In this document: one piece after another, positions 1 to 11,645 of the stretch
Numbering within the stretch: position 1 is the stretch's first letter
Layout: every line of letters starts with the position of its first letter
From: Amphiura filiformis
Taxonomy: Eukaryota
Assembly (NCBI RefSeq): GCF_039555335.1
Contig: NC_092647.1
Location: 51,861,740-51,925,739 of the forward strand
Length of the DNA stretch: 64,000 bases
Direction of reading: 5' to 3'
Translations under genes and position numbers: made by a program
The notes under the pieces: generated by a model
Database searches by the model: none
What the model was told of the DNA's origin: nothing
Seen by the model: only the letters and a program-made list of their open reading frames with translations

Positions 1-403
1 TGATCTAGATAATGAAAATCGATTTTTTTTTGGTTGCTTCGACCAACAATACCTCGTCTACCCTTAAACTTGCCCAATGAATAAGTGCAACTTTCAAGGG
101 CTCGTAAAAATGTTGCCCAAAGTAGATTTTAGTCGATTTTTGTTATACAATACTACAATATGCTCTGCATCCATTGGTACAAAAATCATCGACTAAGGAA
201 TTAATTCTACCTAAACTGCCTTCACTCCCGGACTACTGACCACATGACCTTGTTTCCGGGCCTTGTCATTGGCCTTGTTGTTGATTGCTTCCATTTCCTG
301 TATTATGCACTTTCAACCATAAATTGTGAAGAGACTTCACTAACAACCAAATTTGCTAAATGTTTTAAAACTCAAACATGTAGTCATGATATATGTTTCT
401 CAC

Positions 404-405
404 AT

Positions 406-500
<95 letters not shown>

Positions 501-560
501 TTTGTTTATTTATTTATTTATTTATTTATTACTTATTTACTTATTTACTTACTTACTACC
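404..560. repeat. (TTTA)n microsatellite, about 30 units, decaying into (TTAC/TTTAC)n
   Basis: Direct reading. This is the source of the spurious poly-LFIY ORFs at 244-602. Confidence 0.95.
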
Positions 561-2754
561 AAATTTGAGTTCAGCATACCCAAGTTAACAAAAACAATCT
601 AGTTGCCAACTTTTACGCAAACTTGCCGGTTGGAACGCGATTTTTCCAAAATAGAACTAGTCTAAAAACGAATGCCGTATTTAAAACATAGGCCTCCTTG
701 TTCAACCTGCAAAAAACGTTTTATATTCTCATAAATACAATACAATGCTAATTAAATTTCTCTGAATGAATGATTATTGATAACAATAAAATGCACTGGC
801 TACGTACAGGCTAGGAATTGAGAACAATAGAGAAAGGGTTTGTGCTTTGGCAAACACTAAATAAATATATATTTATGAATACCAGTGGATCATTACATGC
901 GAGTTGTTTTATTCAAAGGGACACCTTGCACCATGGCATCGATATTGAAAGAAATGAAATGTATAATATGAAAACACAGCCCAACAAAATGCGATGAAAA
1001 CGTAGAATGTCGGAAATTGGTCACAAAACATGATCCAATGGAGTTTATTTACTTTTAAAATAGAAAGTATCAATTTGTGAGTTTGTCCAATTTGCCAACT
1101 TTAGCCATTACATGCTATATCATACCATAGACTCTAATACCAATGCATCTTACCCCAGAACTTACCTTGATCGAAACCTGCGACCTTCACCACGCACTCT
1201 TAACCTTAAACTGGTTTTTTTGGTCGGACTTTTATCACAAAATAACCAACAATCAAAATATGACGGACCTCCTACATCTTGTATGATTATTGTAAGGTAC
1301 GCGGTGTAGCAATTTTTTACAACGTTCCCAGTACTATCCACAAAATACGCACGTCGCTCTCGTCACACTTTTATGAAAACAGAATACATACAGTACAGAA
1401 CTTGGTTTTATCGCTTTTCAAACTCGGCAACAAAGTGAACTAATTAAATGAACCGGAAGCTACCAGAAACATGGGAAAGCAATACGGATATTAATGCCGA
1501 GCAAACTCACAACTCATATTCCTTTTTTAAATACACTAGTTGTGACTTGAGTTTGCGCAATATGCCAAGTGTAGAATACTATACCGTAAAAACTCGATAG
1601 TTAGCATAATTATGTGCTTACTATCGAGCGCTTTTGAAAACATTATTGTAGCAAAGTCCGACGCTTTTTACCAACTGACACAATGGGGTTGAGACACACA
1701 GTTGCAGGTTTACTTGTTCGTATATAACTATGTGTATCGATGATTTGCTCAAAACCCTTTACATTTTTTTGGATGGGGCTCTTCACGTTTGCATATTTTA
1801 AAAGCGCTCGATAGTAAGCAGATATGCTAACTATTGAGTTTTTACGGCATATATCATACCAATATATATCTATAGGGTAAAAAAATGCTATGTCTCAAAG
1901 CCCATTTTTTTAAAGGTTTTATGTGTGGAGGGAGCGTAACCAAATGGTTTCGTAGGAGACTACGATTTGCGACCTTTCCGACATATTATCATAATTTGAA
2001 AATTATGATAATAATTATGTCAGACCAACAGAAAACCATCCCGTACTACAAATAGGGCGAATTTGACAGTTTCCTCATAGATTTAAGTTGGAACATGTGT
2101 AATTATTACAAATATGCCAAAAAATCGGTTTTGAAAACAATAAAGGTGTGTTCTGATAAAAGACCGTACATTAAGACTTTAACTGGGAGAAGTGCGCGCA
2201 GAAATTTGGCGTTATAGTGCTAAATGGTGGTTGATTTTAGACCAAAAGGGAGAGATGAAAGCGTAAAATTTGTCACAATATTTCTGTTGACTGAGCAGTT
2301 GGTGAAACATACGGCCCCAAGGTGATACATGTGATGCAGGGTTTGGTCATGGTGGTGCGGAGGGGTAATGGGACTCACACATATTTTGTCAATCTTGCAA
2401 AATCGTTCGTTAATTGGGTATTGTATGTTATGTTGCTTGCCAAACTAAAAACAGACCGGTTGATCTCATTGTGCTTCAAGTTGAATTATGTCAACTTCTG
2501 CTTGCAATGAGATAGATACAACTTATCATGATGAAATGGAGATGCTGTAAAAGAAGCGATAAAATCATTATTATGGGAGATTAGAATGGTGATTGGCAAC
2601 ACCTGATCACAGCCAATTAGAAAGTGTTACACCTGGAAACCAGGTAAGAGACTCTGGAAAATACTAACATTAAACCTAGGTCATAATGGATGTGTCAGTG
2701 TAATGAGTTGTAACAAACACTATGGGCTGATGCAAAATAATACAGAGCACAACT

Positions 2755-3116
2755 TGTTAACATGATTCCTTTTGTGCGAATCCAATAGAAATGAAGGTGT
2801 TAAACTCACATTTTAGTGACGTTTCACCACTACACTTGGTTTCATCAGACTGGCAACTCATCACATTAGGAGCCACTATAGAGGGCGTGATGAGTTGATC
2901 AAAGATGTTGTTTAGTGTGTAGGCCCCCTCGTCCTTGTTTACAGTGTCAGAGCCTCTATAGTGGCTCCTAGATCCTGTCGCCAATAAAAAGAAGCGGTCT
3001 GGTGTGGTGAGTTGCCAGTCGGGAGAAACCACTAGTGTAGTGGGTGAAACGTCACTAAAAATGTGAGTTTAACACCTTCATTTCTATTGGATTCGCACAA
3101 AAAGAATCATGTTAAC
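2755..3116. mobile_element. Foldback/MITE with about 80-bp near-perfect inverted arms
   Basis: Arm gttaacatgattcctttt...cactacac at 2756-2835 is reverse-complemented at 3037-3116. Confidence 0.8.
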
Positions 3117-3224
3117 AGTTGAATCTAACAATCCAAATGAACTTGTTCAAAGATTTGTTAGGCAATTGATCCTAATTTGTTCAATCTTTCGAGTTTAAGT
3201 TTCGATCGACCATCGAAGCGATGC

Positions 3225-3440
3225 TTGGTCGATCTTTATTATTGATGAAAATTCAATTTATTTGCTATTGTTAATTGCTTTAACATTTAATCTATGTAGG
3301 TAAGGTACTGGCCAGTAGAATTTTATCACTAATTTTGATTAATTATAGTTGATAGGTCCTAAATTAGGTTTATAACATTAAGCATAAGCAGCATCGACGA
3401 CCGATCCAAAGATCGAATCGATTTGGCTGCGGTGCCTTTT
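3225..3440. repeat. About 200-bp dispersed repeat. The second copy at 31604-31803 sits inside a larger foldback.
   Basis: Both copies share atgcttggtcgatcYttattattNatga...ttaattttgattaatta...agcatcgacgRccgatccaaagatcgaa. Confidence 0.7.
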
Positions 3441-3956
3441 TTATTAGTCGACTCATGATATGCGGAAAGAAGTGGATCAGCCCATGATGCAGTCATGTCA
3501 CGACCTTTGCAGGACTTAAACCCCATTAAAAGCTATTAAACCAAGATAACACTCATTGAAAACAGCTCAACTGATTAAATCAGATCTTCTCTGGTTGTGC
3601 ACATGTGTCTGTTTTATATGTGCGGTATCGCAATGAGCTGGTATTATAGCTTCAGTTGGGTAACCGATTATAAAGGAAACACAAGGAAACAATGGTATGT
3701 GGACCTTTGTTCACGAAATGAGACAATGGTCTGCTTTTTGTTAACCAGCATTCTTGAAAATGAGCAACATAATGATTGTTGACTTAACACGGTTTGGAAA
3801 TAATTTCTTCATATTTTTTGGTGTTATCTGTCGTTTACATATTCTTCCTAAAAGACAAAAGTGCGACTATTTCCAAACACCTAAATTAGCTAAAAATTTA
3901 GGACATGTTACAAAACTATATTTTCTAGAATTTCATAGAATACTTTAAATGTAGCT

Positions 3957-4653
3957 TCCCAGCAAACGCACAAACGTTTTAAAATCGTTTTAAATAAGTT
4001 ATATTTTGGCTTTTGGTTTAGGTAAAAACGTTTTAATAACATTAAAATGTCGGGTTATATAATGGTCATGATAACGTTTTAAAACGTTTTGTATGAAAAC
4101 ACACTACAACAATGTTTTTAAAATGTTTTCAAAAATGTTATTTTAAACTATTTTTGCAAACATTTTTGCCAAATATTTTGTCAATACTTAAATAACATTA
4201 TGTTAAAAAATTTGAACCCAGCAAACACAGAAATGTTCTTAAAATGTTCTTTTCAAACCCTTTTAATAACATTTAAATGTCGGGTTATATAAAGGTCATG
4301 AAAACGTTTTTAAAACGTTATTGCAAATATTTTGGGCAAAACATTTTTCGCAAAATATTTTTTTAACCCCAAAATAACATTCTGTTTAGAATGTTTTGTA
4401 TCAAGTTTTTAAGAATGTTTATGGAATGTTATTAAAACGTTTTTATAGCCTTTATATAACCCGACATTTAAACGTTTTCTGTAAAACATTTTTGTTTGCT
4501 GAGCAGGAGATTATCATAAAATGTTTTTAAGGTAAAGAAAACGTTTTATATACTCTTAATATACCCTTTATATAACCCGACATTTAAACGTTTTCTGACA
4601 ACCTTTTATAACGTTTTGCGAATGATGTCGAAAACGTTTTGTGTTTGCTGGGT
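3957..4653 (+). mobile_element. Composite MITE, family 'CCCAGCAAACAC', copy 1
   Basis: Terminal inverted repeats cccagcaaacRcacaaacgtttt and aaaacgttttgtgtttgctggg. Internal half-unit begins again at 4217. Internal palindromes around gtcgggttatataa. Three same-orientation copies in the window. Flanked by about 95-bp direct repeats at 3858-3950 and 4781-4880. Confidence 0.8.
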
Positions 4654-5685
4654 TGTACCTTCAGAACTGAGCGGTCCGTTACCAATATTTTCGGTCAAAT
4701 CTCCCGGGAAATCTCCATTCAATTGACACGGGGAGTTGGCTAGCTATAAGCTAGCTATGCCTTGCCCTCACTCATATTTTACGAAAGTGCGACTATTTCT
4801 GAACATCTAACCTAGCTGTAATTTTAGGTCATGTTAGAGAAATATATTTGCTAGAAGTTTGGAGAATACTTTAAATATTGGCCGGTTATTTTTCACACAG
4901 TGATGTTAACTAAGCAAATGCATATTACTTCTAACATAGGGTAGCTGCAGGTAATATGGGACAGCAGGTAATATGGGACACCTGTTTTCATTTTAACAAA
5001 AAGTAGCTTAGAGAAGGTACACACTTTAAGTTGATTTGTTAAAGGAGTGTTTCGTGATCCTAGCATCCTCTTTTTATGACATTTTCAGTACATATCCACG
5101 AAAAAGCCTATTCCCAAAATTTCAGTTGATTCCGACTTTGCGTTTGCGAGTTATGCTTGATTATGTGTATTACACTGCTCCATATACAATGCGTTGTAAT
5201 TTCGTTCTGGTGCACCAGAACGAAATTAATATTTCACGATATCTTTGCAAAACGAATTAATCTGCAAGAAATATTTTGTACATAAACATTATGTAGCCAG
5301 AGGTTTCCAGTGATATAAAAATCTCAACTTTTTTTGAGAAAAGTGGGGGATGAGGCTGTGGATCACGAAATACCCCTTTAAGTGTTTAGAGACATCAATT
5401 GTGCTTCTAGAAATGCAGTTTTGGAGTCTGTGTATCAAACTCTTGGAAATCAATGCCAAAAAGAGTGAAATTGCCCAAAAATTTACGTCGTTTTTTTGGC
5501 CTGATATAAAATCAATGACGCCACATTTTATGATTGTGTATCCAAATACTCTGGTACTGAGGGTGCATTTGTCACTTTTTATGATCTTTAGGTGATGGGT
5601 TAAGCTTATCAGCAGGTAAAATTCCACTGAAAAGTGGCACTTTCCTTTATAAATGATTATTTTCTCTGATTTTCAACTGAATGGG

Positions 5686-6070
5686 TGCAGGTAATATGGG
5701 ACACATAGGAAATTGTGTGCATTGTCAATGCGAAAAGCAAAACTATATAGAAAATTGAATTTTCTTGTTGAAATTTGCATTTAACATTCAAAATCATGTA
5801 ACAAAAATGTTTTTAGAACAAAAGAGTGATTTTCTGAACATTTTGATTTTCACCATAGAGATAACACAGTGTCCCATATTACCTGCACATGCAGGTAATA
5901 TGGGACACTTGACGATGACGTCATTTTGACGTCATAGCGTCCAAACAAACATAAAAACAAGATAACATTGCCTGGTTGTTCATCATAACAATCTCTTTTG
6001 GGCATATCTTCTATAGTTTTTATGCACATAAGCTAAACGTCCTTAATGGTCCCATATTACCTGCAGGTAC
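5686..6070. mobile_element. Two adjacent MITEs of about 190 bp sharing the terminal inverted repeat GCAGGTAATATGGGACAC
   Basis: gcaggtaatatgggacac at 5686 and 5886. Reverse complement gtgtcccatattacctgc at 5862 and 6047. Solo copies at 4957 and 4974. The second MITE carries two TGACGTCA palindromes at 5910-5935. Confidence 0.7.
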
Positions 6071-6257
6071 CCTACATTATTTGTAAAAGTGAGAGCATTG
6101 TGTATTGTGTATAGGAAAACGGACAGTAACTGCAGTATGCTGCAGTACAAAAGTGGCGGCGCCAGGAATTATTTGGGGGCATCGGGTTTTTTTAGGCTGA
6201 AATGGACTTCAAAGTGTGGGGACAAAACCGGGAGGGGCAAGACAAATATTTGGGGGA

Positions 6258-6540
6258 TGAAATCGTCGGCAGAGTGCTACACTATCGTAAGTGCAGTAGA
6301 ATGTAATAGCTGCCATTTGCAACATTTCAATAAATGTACTTACTTTTAACCAATAACACTAGAAAAACACCCAACTACATGTAAAGGTGATATCTTGGGT
6401 TAGCTTAGTGGGCATCAGGCAAGTAATACAGAACATCAACACTTTACAATGAGGGGATTGTGCTGCAAACAATAGGTGTTTTACAAAAGGCAGCTATGAC
6501 ATTCTATTGCACTTACGATAGTGTAGCACTCTGCCGACGA
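6258..6540. mobile_element. Foldback element with about 50-bp inverted arms
   Basis: ggcagagtgctacactatcgtaagtgcagtagaatgtaatagctgcc at 6270-6318 is reverse-complemented at 6488-6538. Confidence 0.7.
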
Positions 6541-7029
6541 AATGCGCCCCCCAGTGTCATCGCCCCGATATCTTCATGGCAGAAATCGCCATGGTAGGTT
6601 GAATCCACAGCCACGCATGGCCATTTTGTTCCGACCTTTGAGACGCATAATGAGCCGAGGGACATCCGACTAAGGCTACTGACAATAGCCTGGCCTGGTA
6701 ATTGACCTCTCTGTGTGTGAGTGAGCATGTATACGTCATGATGAGGTCAATGGTCATCTGCTTTTAGACTGATTCCACGAGTGAGTGCAGCTAGCCTATG
6801 CTGCGCTATAGTTCGGCACATATAAAATCAGAATTTTTGTCAGTTTTTGAGTTCAGGACGCACGGTTCTTTCTCAAGCTAACGACTATCATATCCGTTCA
6901 ACACATATATTCAAGTGCAAGGAACAAAATCTGGCTTCTTTAGACTAAATAAATTACGGGAGATATTCATCATTTTCTATCCCGGTATCCAAAGATTTAT
7001 CGTCTGAATATCAAATCGTGCATAGCACA

Positions 7030-7120
7030 TTCACGTGTATCGATCCCGTGTAGTGTCTCTGCTGTATTTAAATGTAATTATTAACCGGGCGATGTCGGTG
7101 TGCGGGGGACGAGAAACATG
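7030..7120 (+). promoter_or_regulatory. Candidate core promoter of the PARP4-like gene, with a TATA-like TATTTAAA at 7063-7070 and an E-box CACGTG at 7031
   Basis: A locally GC-rich segment, cgggcgatgtcggtgtgcgggggacgag, in an otherwise AT-rich window, about 450 bp upstream of the ATG. Followed by two AP-1-like TGAGTCA sites (7232, 7305) and a possible non-coding first exon ending at the GTCAGT donor near 7345. Confidence 0.25.
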
Positions 7121-7539
7121 TTTTATATTTTACTTAGCTTTATTTAAGCAGACATTTTTATACGTTTTGTAATAAACGTAGTTTGTTGCAGGTTTGTTGG
7201 GTTTTACTGAAAGTGCGACTCCAGCGATTATGAGTCAGCACACACGTCAACGCTATGCGTAAGTGGTTAGAGCATCAACCCCACCAAGGGCCTGCAGAGC
7301 ATGCCTGAGTCAGAACCGGGAATCAGAGGGCACTGAGGCGAAGAAGGTCAGTCAGATTTTTAGTTCCTGGTACGGTTGCTAATAAAGTTTGTCATTACAA
7401 AGTAGATACACACGTACAGCTTTACACGTACCGTATTTACGTGAGTGCAGCTATCTGAAAAACGAAGTATAGGGTTTGCATGTCATTACCAAGGCTGACG
7501 TTGTCAGGCCTGTTACAGGTGGTTTAACACTCAGTTGCT

Positions 7540-7665
7540 ATGTTCAACGGGTTGGAGTTCGTGGTAGAACCTGGCGCAACAGGTGATTTAGAAAATAAGG
7601 CAGCAGAAGTGAAGAAAAACATCACAAATAATGCAGGGGTGCTATCCCGTATTGTCACGGAAGAG
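7540..7665 (+). CDS. PARP4: PARP4-like exon 1, start of BRCT domain. The exon proper may begin at 7519, after the AG at 7517-7518.
   Basis: ATG at 7540. Translates MFNGLEFVVEPGATGDLENKAAEVKKNITNNAGVLSRIVTEE. Donor GTAAGA at 7666, phase 0. Matches the N-terminal BRCT of vertebrate PARP4. Confidence 0.7.
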
Positions 7666-8418
7666 GTAAGACTTTTAAACAAATTCAAAAAGATTAAAAT
7701 AAAAGTCAATTTTAGAAACTGACGGTCATTTTGATCTTGACTTTTATAGGGACCATCCAATACTTTACACGGGGGGGGGGAGGTTTTAATGAAACAGATT
7801 TGTTAGATTTTGAGGGGGGAATCCTAATGTTAAGTTTGAAATGGAAAACAAGGGGGGCAATCTGAAAATTTGGTGTGACGTACATGAGCCCTTTTCACCG
7901 CAAATGGCATTTTCCCAGCAAGCATATTGTTCATTCTCAAAAAGTCCAAAAAGGTTGACAGAAAATATGTCCCCCCTTGCCACCCCCCCCCCCCTTCGTA
8001 GCGCCGCCACTTGGAGTCAATTTTTGGCAATATGACCCATTTTTGTTCTTTTCAGCCACATTTTGACAATTTAGGTTGAATGCCTCCTCCCCCCTCGCAT
8101 TTCAAGCCGGATTGGCGCTAATGTTTTCCACCATATTTTATATCTTTTTTGTGGAAAACGGTGTTTTCACTGTTTTGAACTCCTAAATCATACATCATGT
8201 TATGTGAGTGGGTATGGGAAGGGAGTTACTTGCTTTAATTGATTTCAATAAATACTTCTTTTCACTCATTTGTTTTTGAGTTGTTTGTTTATTTGTGTGT
8301 TTTTAGTTTGTTTTTGGTTTTCTTTAAATTACCATTTTGGATCCCCCTGGCTAGGGATATTTATATGCCATTCAGAAATTGATTTTCATCATTACAATCA
8401 TTGTTTGTTTTTCTGCAG

Positions 8419-8620
8419 ACATCATTTGTCGTTGTATGTGACATTGTCAACATTGACCACTCAAGTCCACCGCTGGTCAAAGCTCAACAACACAACATCC
8501 CAGTGCTAAGTTCAGTGTACATTGACACATGTGTGAGATTAACACAGAAGCTTCCTCATGATGATTTTGTTGTGATTATCAAGACTGTTCAAGTAGAAGA
8601 GCATGCAGCACTACCTTCCA
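8419..8620 (+). CDS. PARP4: PARP4-like exon 2, BRCT domain
   Basis: Acceptor AG at 8417-8418, donor GTAAGT at 8621. TSFVVVCDIVNIDHSSPPLVKAQQHNIPVLSSVYIDTCVRLTQKL aligns to human PARP4 THIILDNADVL...HIANPDFIWKSIREKRLL. Ends in phase 1. Confidence 0.85.
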
Positions 8621-10023
8621 GTAAGTATATTTGACTTGTTTTTGACCTATACCATTAGTAAATACCCAGCAATGGCAAAACCTTTTGTACAGAAAACTTT
8701 TTTTTTAAATGGCAGGTTATAAAAGGGGGTCATTGATATACCAAAAGACCAAAAATGTTACCCATATTTTGCAGCATGTCCACATATGGTCATTTGTACT
8801 GAGAAAAAGATATCTGTGAAAAGTGGACTTTCTTCCCCAACTTCAGACCTTTTTTGACCAAAAAACCTTTTAAAAATCATTTTTTTGGTAAATTCTTACA
8901 TTTTTGGAACTTTTGTATACTTTTGCAAATTTAAGGTAAAAATTGCTGAGAGATCTAAAAGCACTATTTTGATTGGTTACTCAGAATTTAAGCTGTTGCG
9001 ATGTTCAAAAAACATTGAAAACGTCAAGTACATTGAATATTGTGACCCGCTCTAACATAATGAGCACAAAGTTTACAAATGACTTTTTGAGGTATGTCAT
9101 ATTTGAAATCTTAACTTCAAAGTTTTAAAATCATGTACCTGGTTGTAATTGTGTCCCCTTTATCTGTTAATTAATCAAGAAAGCAGGCGGCGGATGACAT
9201 GATCGAGCCGGCAACTTGTGAAACCGCCCGGCTGTATGGCATTTTCCATATACACAGTTAGTTTTGTGGGGTTCATTATCGAACCCCAACGGTTTTAGCT
9301 TGTATTTATATTATTTCTCAACATAGGCATACTTGTTTGTGATATTTCAAGCGGTTTAAAATTTATAAATCATCCCATTTAATGACACGGTTGACGATGA
9401 AAATTTACTGAATTTAGAGAATGCAATGCGGCCACCACCTGCAAGAAAGTATAAAGTGTTAGAACATTACTATTTAATTTTCAAATAGTGCAAGTTCTAA
9501 GCAGTGGCATGTGCAAGGGGGGCACATGCCCCCCCCCCACTTCTGATGTCACTTCCGAAACAAATGAATTCTTTTGATACCTGCCTGTAAAATGTTTTAA
9601 TCAGATAGTTGTATTTCATAGAATTGCAGTGACTCATGAATGATGACAATTAATAACTAAGGAAATATTCAATATATTGAGATATCTTGCCAAGTGTTTG
9701 TTAGAGTTTAACATACCTTTCAGACCTTTTGCAAAAATATAGATATTTTATTTTACAATAGCTGTTTGGAGTATGAAAAGTTAAAATATACTCTTTTATG
9801 TAAGTTTTTTATGTACAAATATTTTCAACAGCTGCCTTTTGTTGTTAAACTTTGTGGAATTTAAGATGTAAAATGTGTGCAGTATTCCTTTTCTTTATAA
9901 TGAATTGCGGCTTTATTTTGCACAGAAAAATATCCAGGTTGAATTTCATAATGCAGTGAATAAATAAAGTACAAATAAAGCCCCTTGAAAATGACTTAAA
10001 TGCTATAAAGTGCTGGTGGAGTG

Positions 10024-10306
10024 CTAAGGGACCGTTCACAAACACTTGTTAGGGGGCCTGATGCAAAAAGGGGGGCCCTGACAATTTCTGACCCTCCTGG
10101 GGGGGGGTTGAAAAAAATGACCACATATTTTCCTGGAAAAATTGAGTTTATATGCTTTTCTATGGGGTTGACCCATAATTTTCATGTTAAAAAGGGGGCC
10201 CTGAAATTTTTGAGGTCTGTAAAGGGTGGTGGCTCCAAAAAATTTCCATGATGAAAATATTTTGCATCAGGCCCCCCTTACAAGTGTTTGTGAACGGTCC
10301 CTAATT
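10024..10306. mobile_element. MITE with about 42-bp terminal inverted repeats
   Basis: agggaccgttcacaaacacttgttagggggcctgatgcaaaa at 10026-10067 is reverse-complemented at 10262-10304. Explains the ORFs at 9845-10251. Confidence 0.8.
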
Positions 10307-10495
10307 ACATGTGTAGGTTAAATATGTACAGTAACAGTATTGGTGTTACCGTTATATTTTGCAAAGGATCTTTTATAGTCCCCCCAAAAAGTTGTTTGAT
10401 TGTCATCCAACCGACCCTAATCTGAAAAATTTCTGGGAAAAGTTTTTTTTTCTTTTGGTCTTAGCATCATACTTATCTCAACTGCTTTGATACAG

Positions 10496-10550
10496 GTGAA
10501 TTGACTGATACCAAACCTCAGAAAACAGATTTACATCCAAGCAGAGTACA
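10496..10550 (+). CDS. PARP4: PARP4-like exon 3, a 55-bp micro-exon in the linker after BRCT
   Basis: Long polypyrimidine tract then CAG at 10493-10495. Perfect GTAAGT donor at 10551. Open in the single frame that joins the phase-1 end of exon 2 to the phase-2 start of exon 4. Encodes (S)ELTDTKPQKTDLHPSRV(Q), resembling human KPLDITPPPDQK. Confidence 0.6.
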
Positions 10551-11363
10551 GTAAGTAAATACTTAGGTTTCATAATTGGATGATCAAGTGTCAGCCCCAA
10601 ATGAGCTGGGGCGGTGAAGGGGATGAGAGCTGATCCATATGAACATTTAATCCACCCCCCTAGCAAAATTGGGACATAACGACATTATGGGAACTTTCAT
10701 GCAATCACTCAATCAGTGGCATAGCGTGAGTCATCATATTGGGGGGCCATGATTGGGGGGCACCAGGTCTGATTGGGGAGGGGCACAAGCTGTTTTTTGG
10801 CCATTTTACTATGGGATTTTTTTAATTTTGCAATTATTGTAAAATATGCTGAAAATAAAAATATTCATATGAATATTTACAATGTGTGGTTTTCACTACC
10901 CACATGTGTTTCACCCTGCACTATAAGCAGCTAGCAGAGGCTCCAGAATATTTTAAATATTGGGGGGAATGGTTGCATGGTTCAAATTACTGGCCTAATG
11001 GTATTTTTCCATAGCCACAAAATTATTAAGGGGCCACCCCCAACCTGGTTCCAAAGTCACATGTTACATGTGTATGACTACAATCATAATTGAATACAAT
11101 ACCGCGGTTTTTTTCAAAGAAACTAATCTTACAGGTGTGAGTGATCAGCATGATATGAATATTCTATAGAATTACGATCCAGGTCCTTATCCCTGTTTGT
11201 TGATAATCTATGTGCAATACAGTGGAACATCGTAACATCTAGTGCAGGGCGATACATTCAAAGATAGTGTGCACCCATTGCTATGGTAATTAATCTGATT
11301 ACATAACTACTTTTATGGCAAATTATTACCATGTGCTTATGTAATATTTATTCTTTGCAACAG

Positions 11364-11463
11364 AGTGTGGACCTGGGGTGATCCAAATTCACCACCATTT
11401 GCATTTAGTGAGACAAGTGAGACCTCCACAGGCTATGAACTGGTCAAAGGTGTTTTGCTCCAG
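11364..11463 (+). CDS. PARP4: PARP4-like exon 4
   Basis: Acceptor CAG at 11361-11363, donor GTAAGT at 11464. Encodes VWTWGDPNSPPFAFSETSETSTGYELVKGVLLQ, compare human DFEVAKYNTLEKVG. Ends in phase 0. Confidence 0.65.
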
Positions 11464-11477
11464 GTAAGTTGAATCAA

Positions 11478-11645
11478 CAGGTTGACTCACCACGGCCAGT
11501 GTGTTGCATCCTTGACCAAGGTAGCTTAATTCCCAATTGCTTCACTCCACCCAGGTGTAAAATGGGGAGCTGCTGGGGGTAATCACAATCTAAGTCGCTG
11601 AGAGTACCTGCTCATCAGTTGCGGACTTGGTGAAGCGGAAATGAT
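11478..11645 (+). mobile_element. 5'-truncated tRNA-derived SINE with a Deu-domain-like core
   Basis: Homologous to the body of the SINE at 28433-28680 (inverted). Contains ctaagtcgctgagagtacctgctcatcag, which resembles the Deu-domain consensus CTAAGTCGCTCTGGATAAGAGCGTCTGC. Confidence 0.6.

Noticed and set aside
244-602. Three overlapping + strand ORFs rich in LFIY
   Set aside because: They are translations of the (TTTA)n microsatellite, not coding sequence.
8621-8634. Extension of the BRCT exon ORF past the GTAAGT donor, and an alternative donor at 8625
   Set aside because: GTAAGT at 8621 is a consensus donor. Its phase is reconciled by the micro-exon at 10496-10550.
11364-11463. Alternative reading frame CGPGVIQIHHHLHLVRQ... 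of exon 4, which is also open
   Set aside because: The frame VWTWGDPNSPP...YELVKGVLLQ ends in phase 0 at the GTAAGT donor, as exon 5 requires. It also resembles human YNTLEKVG.
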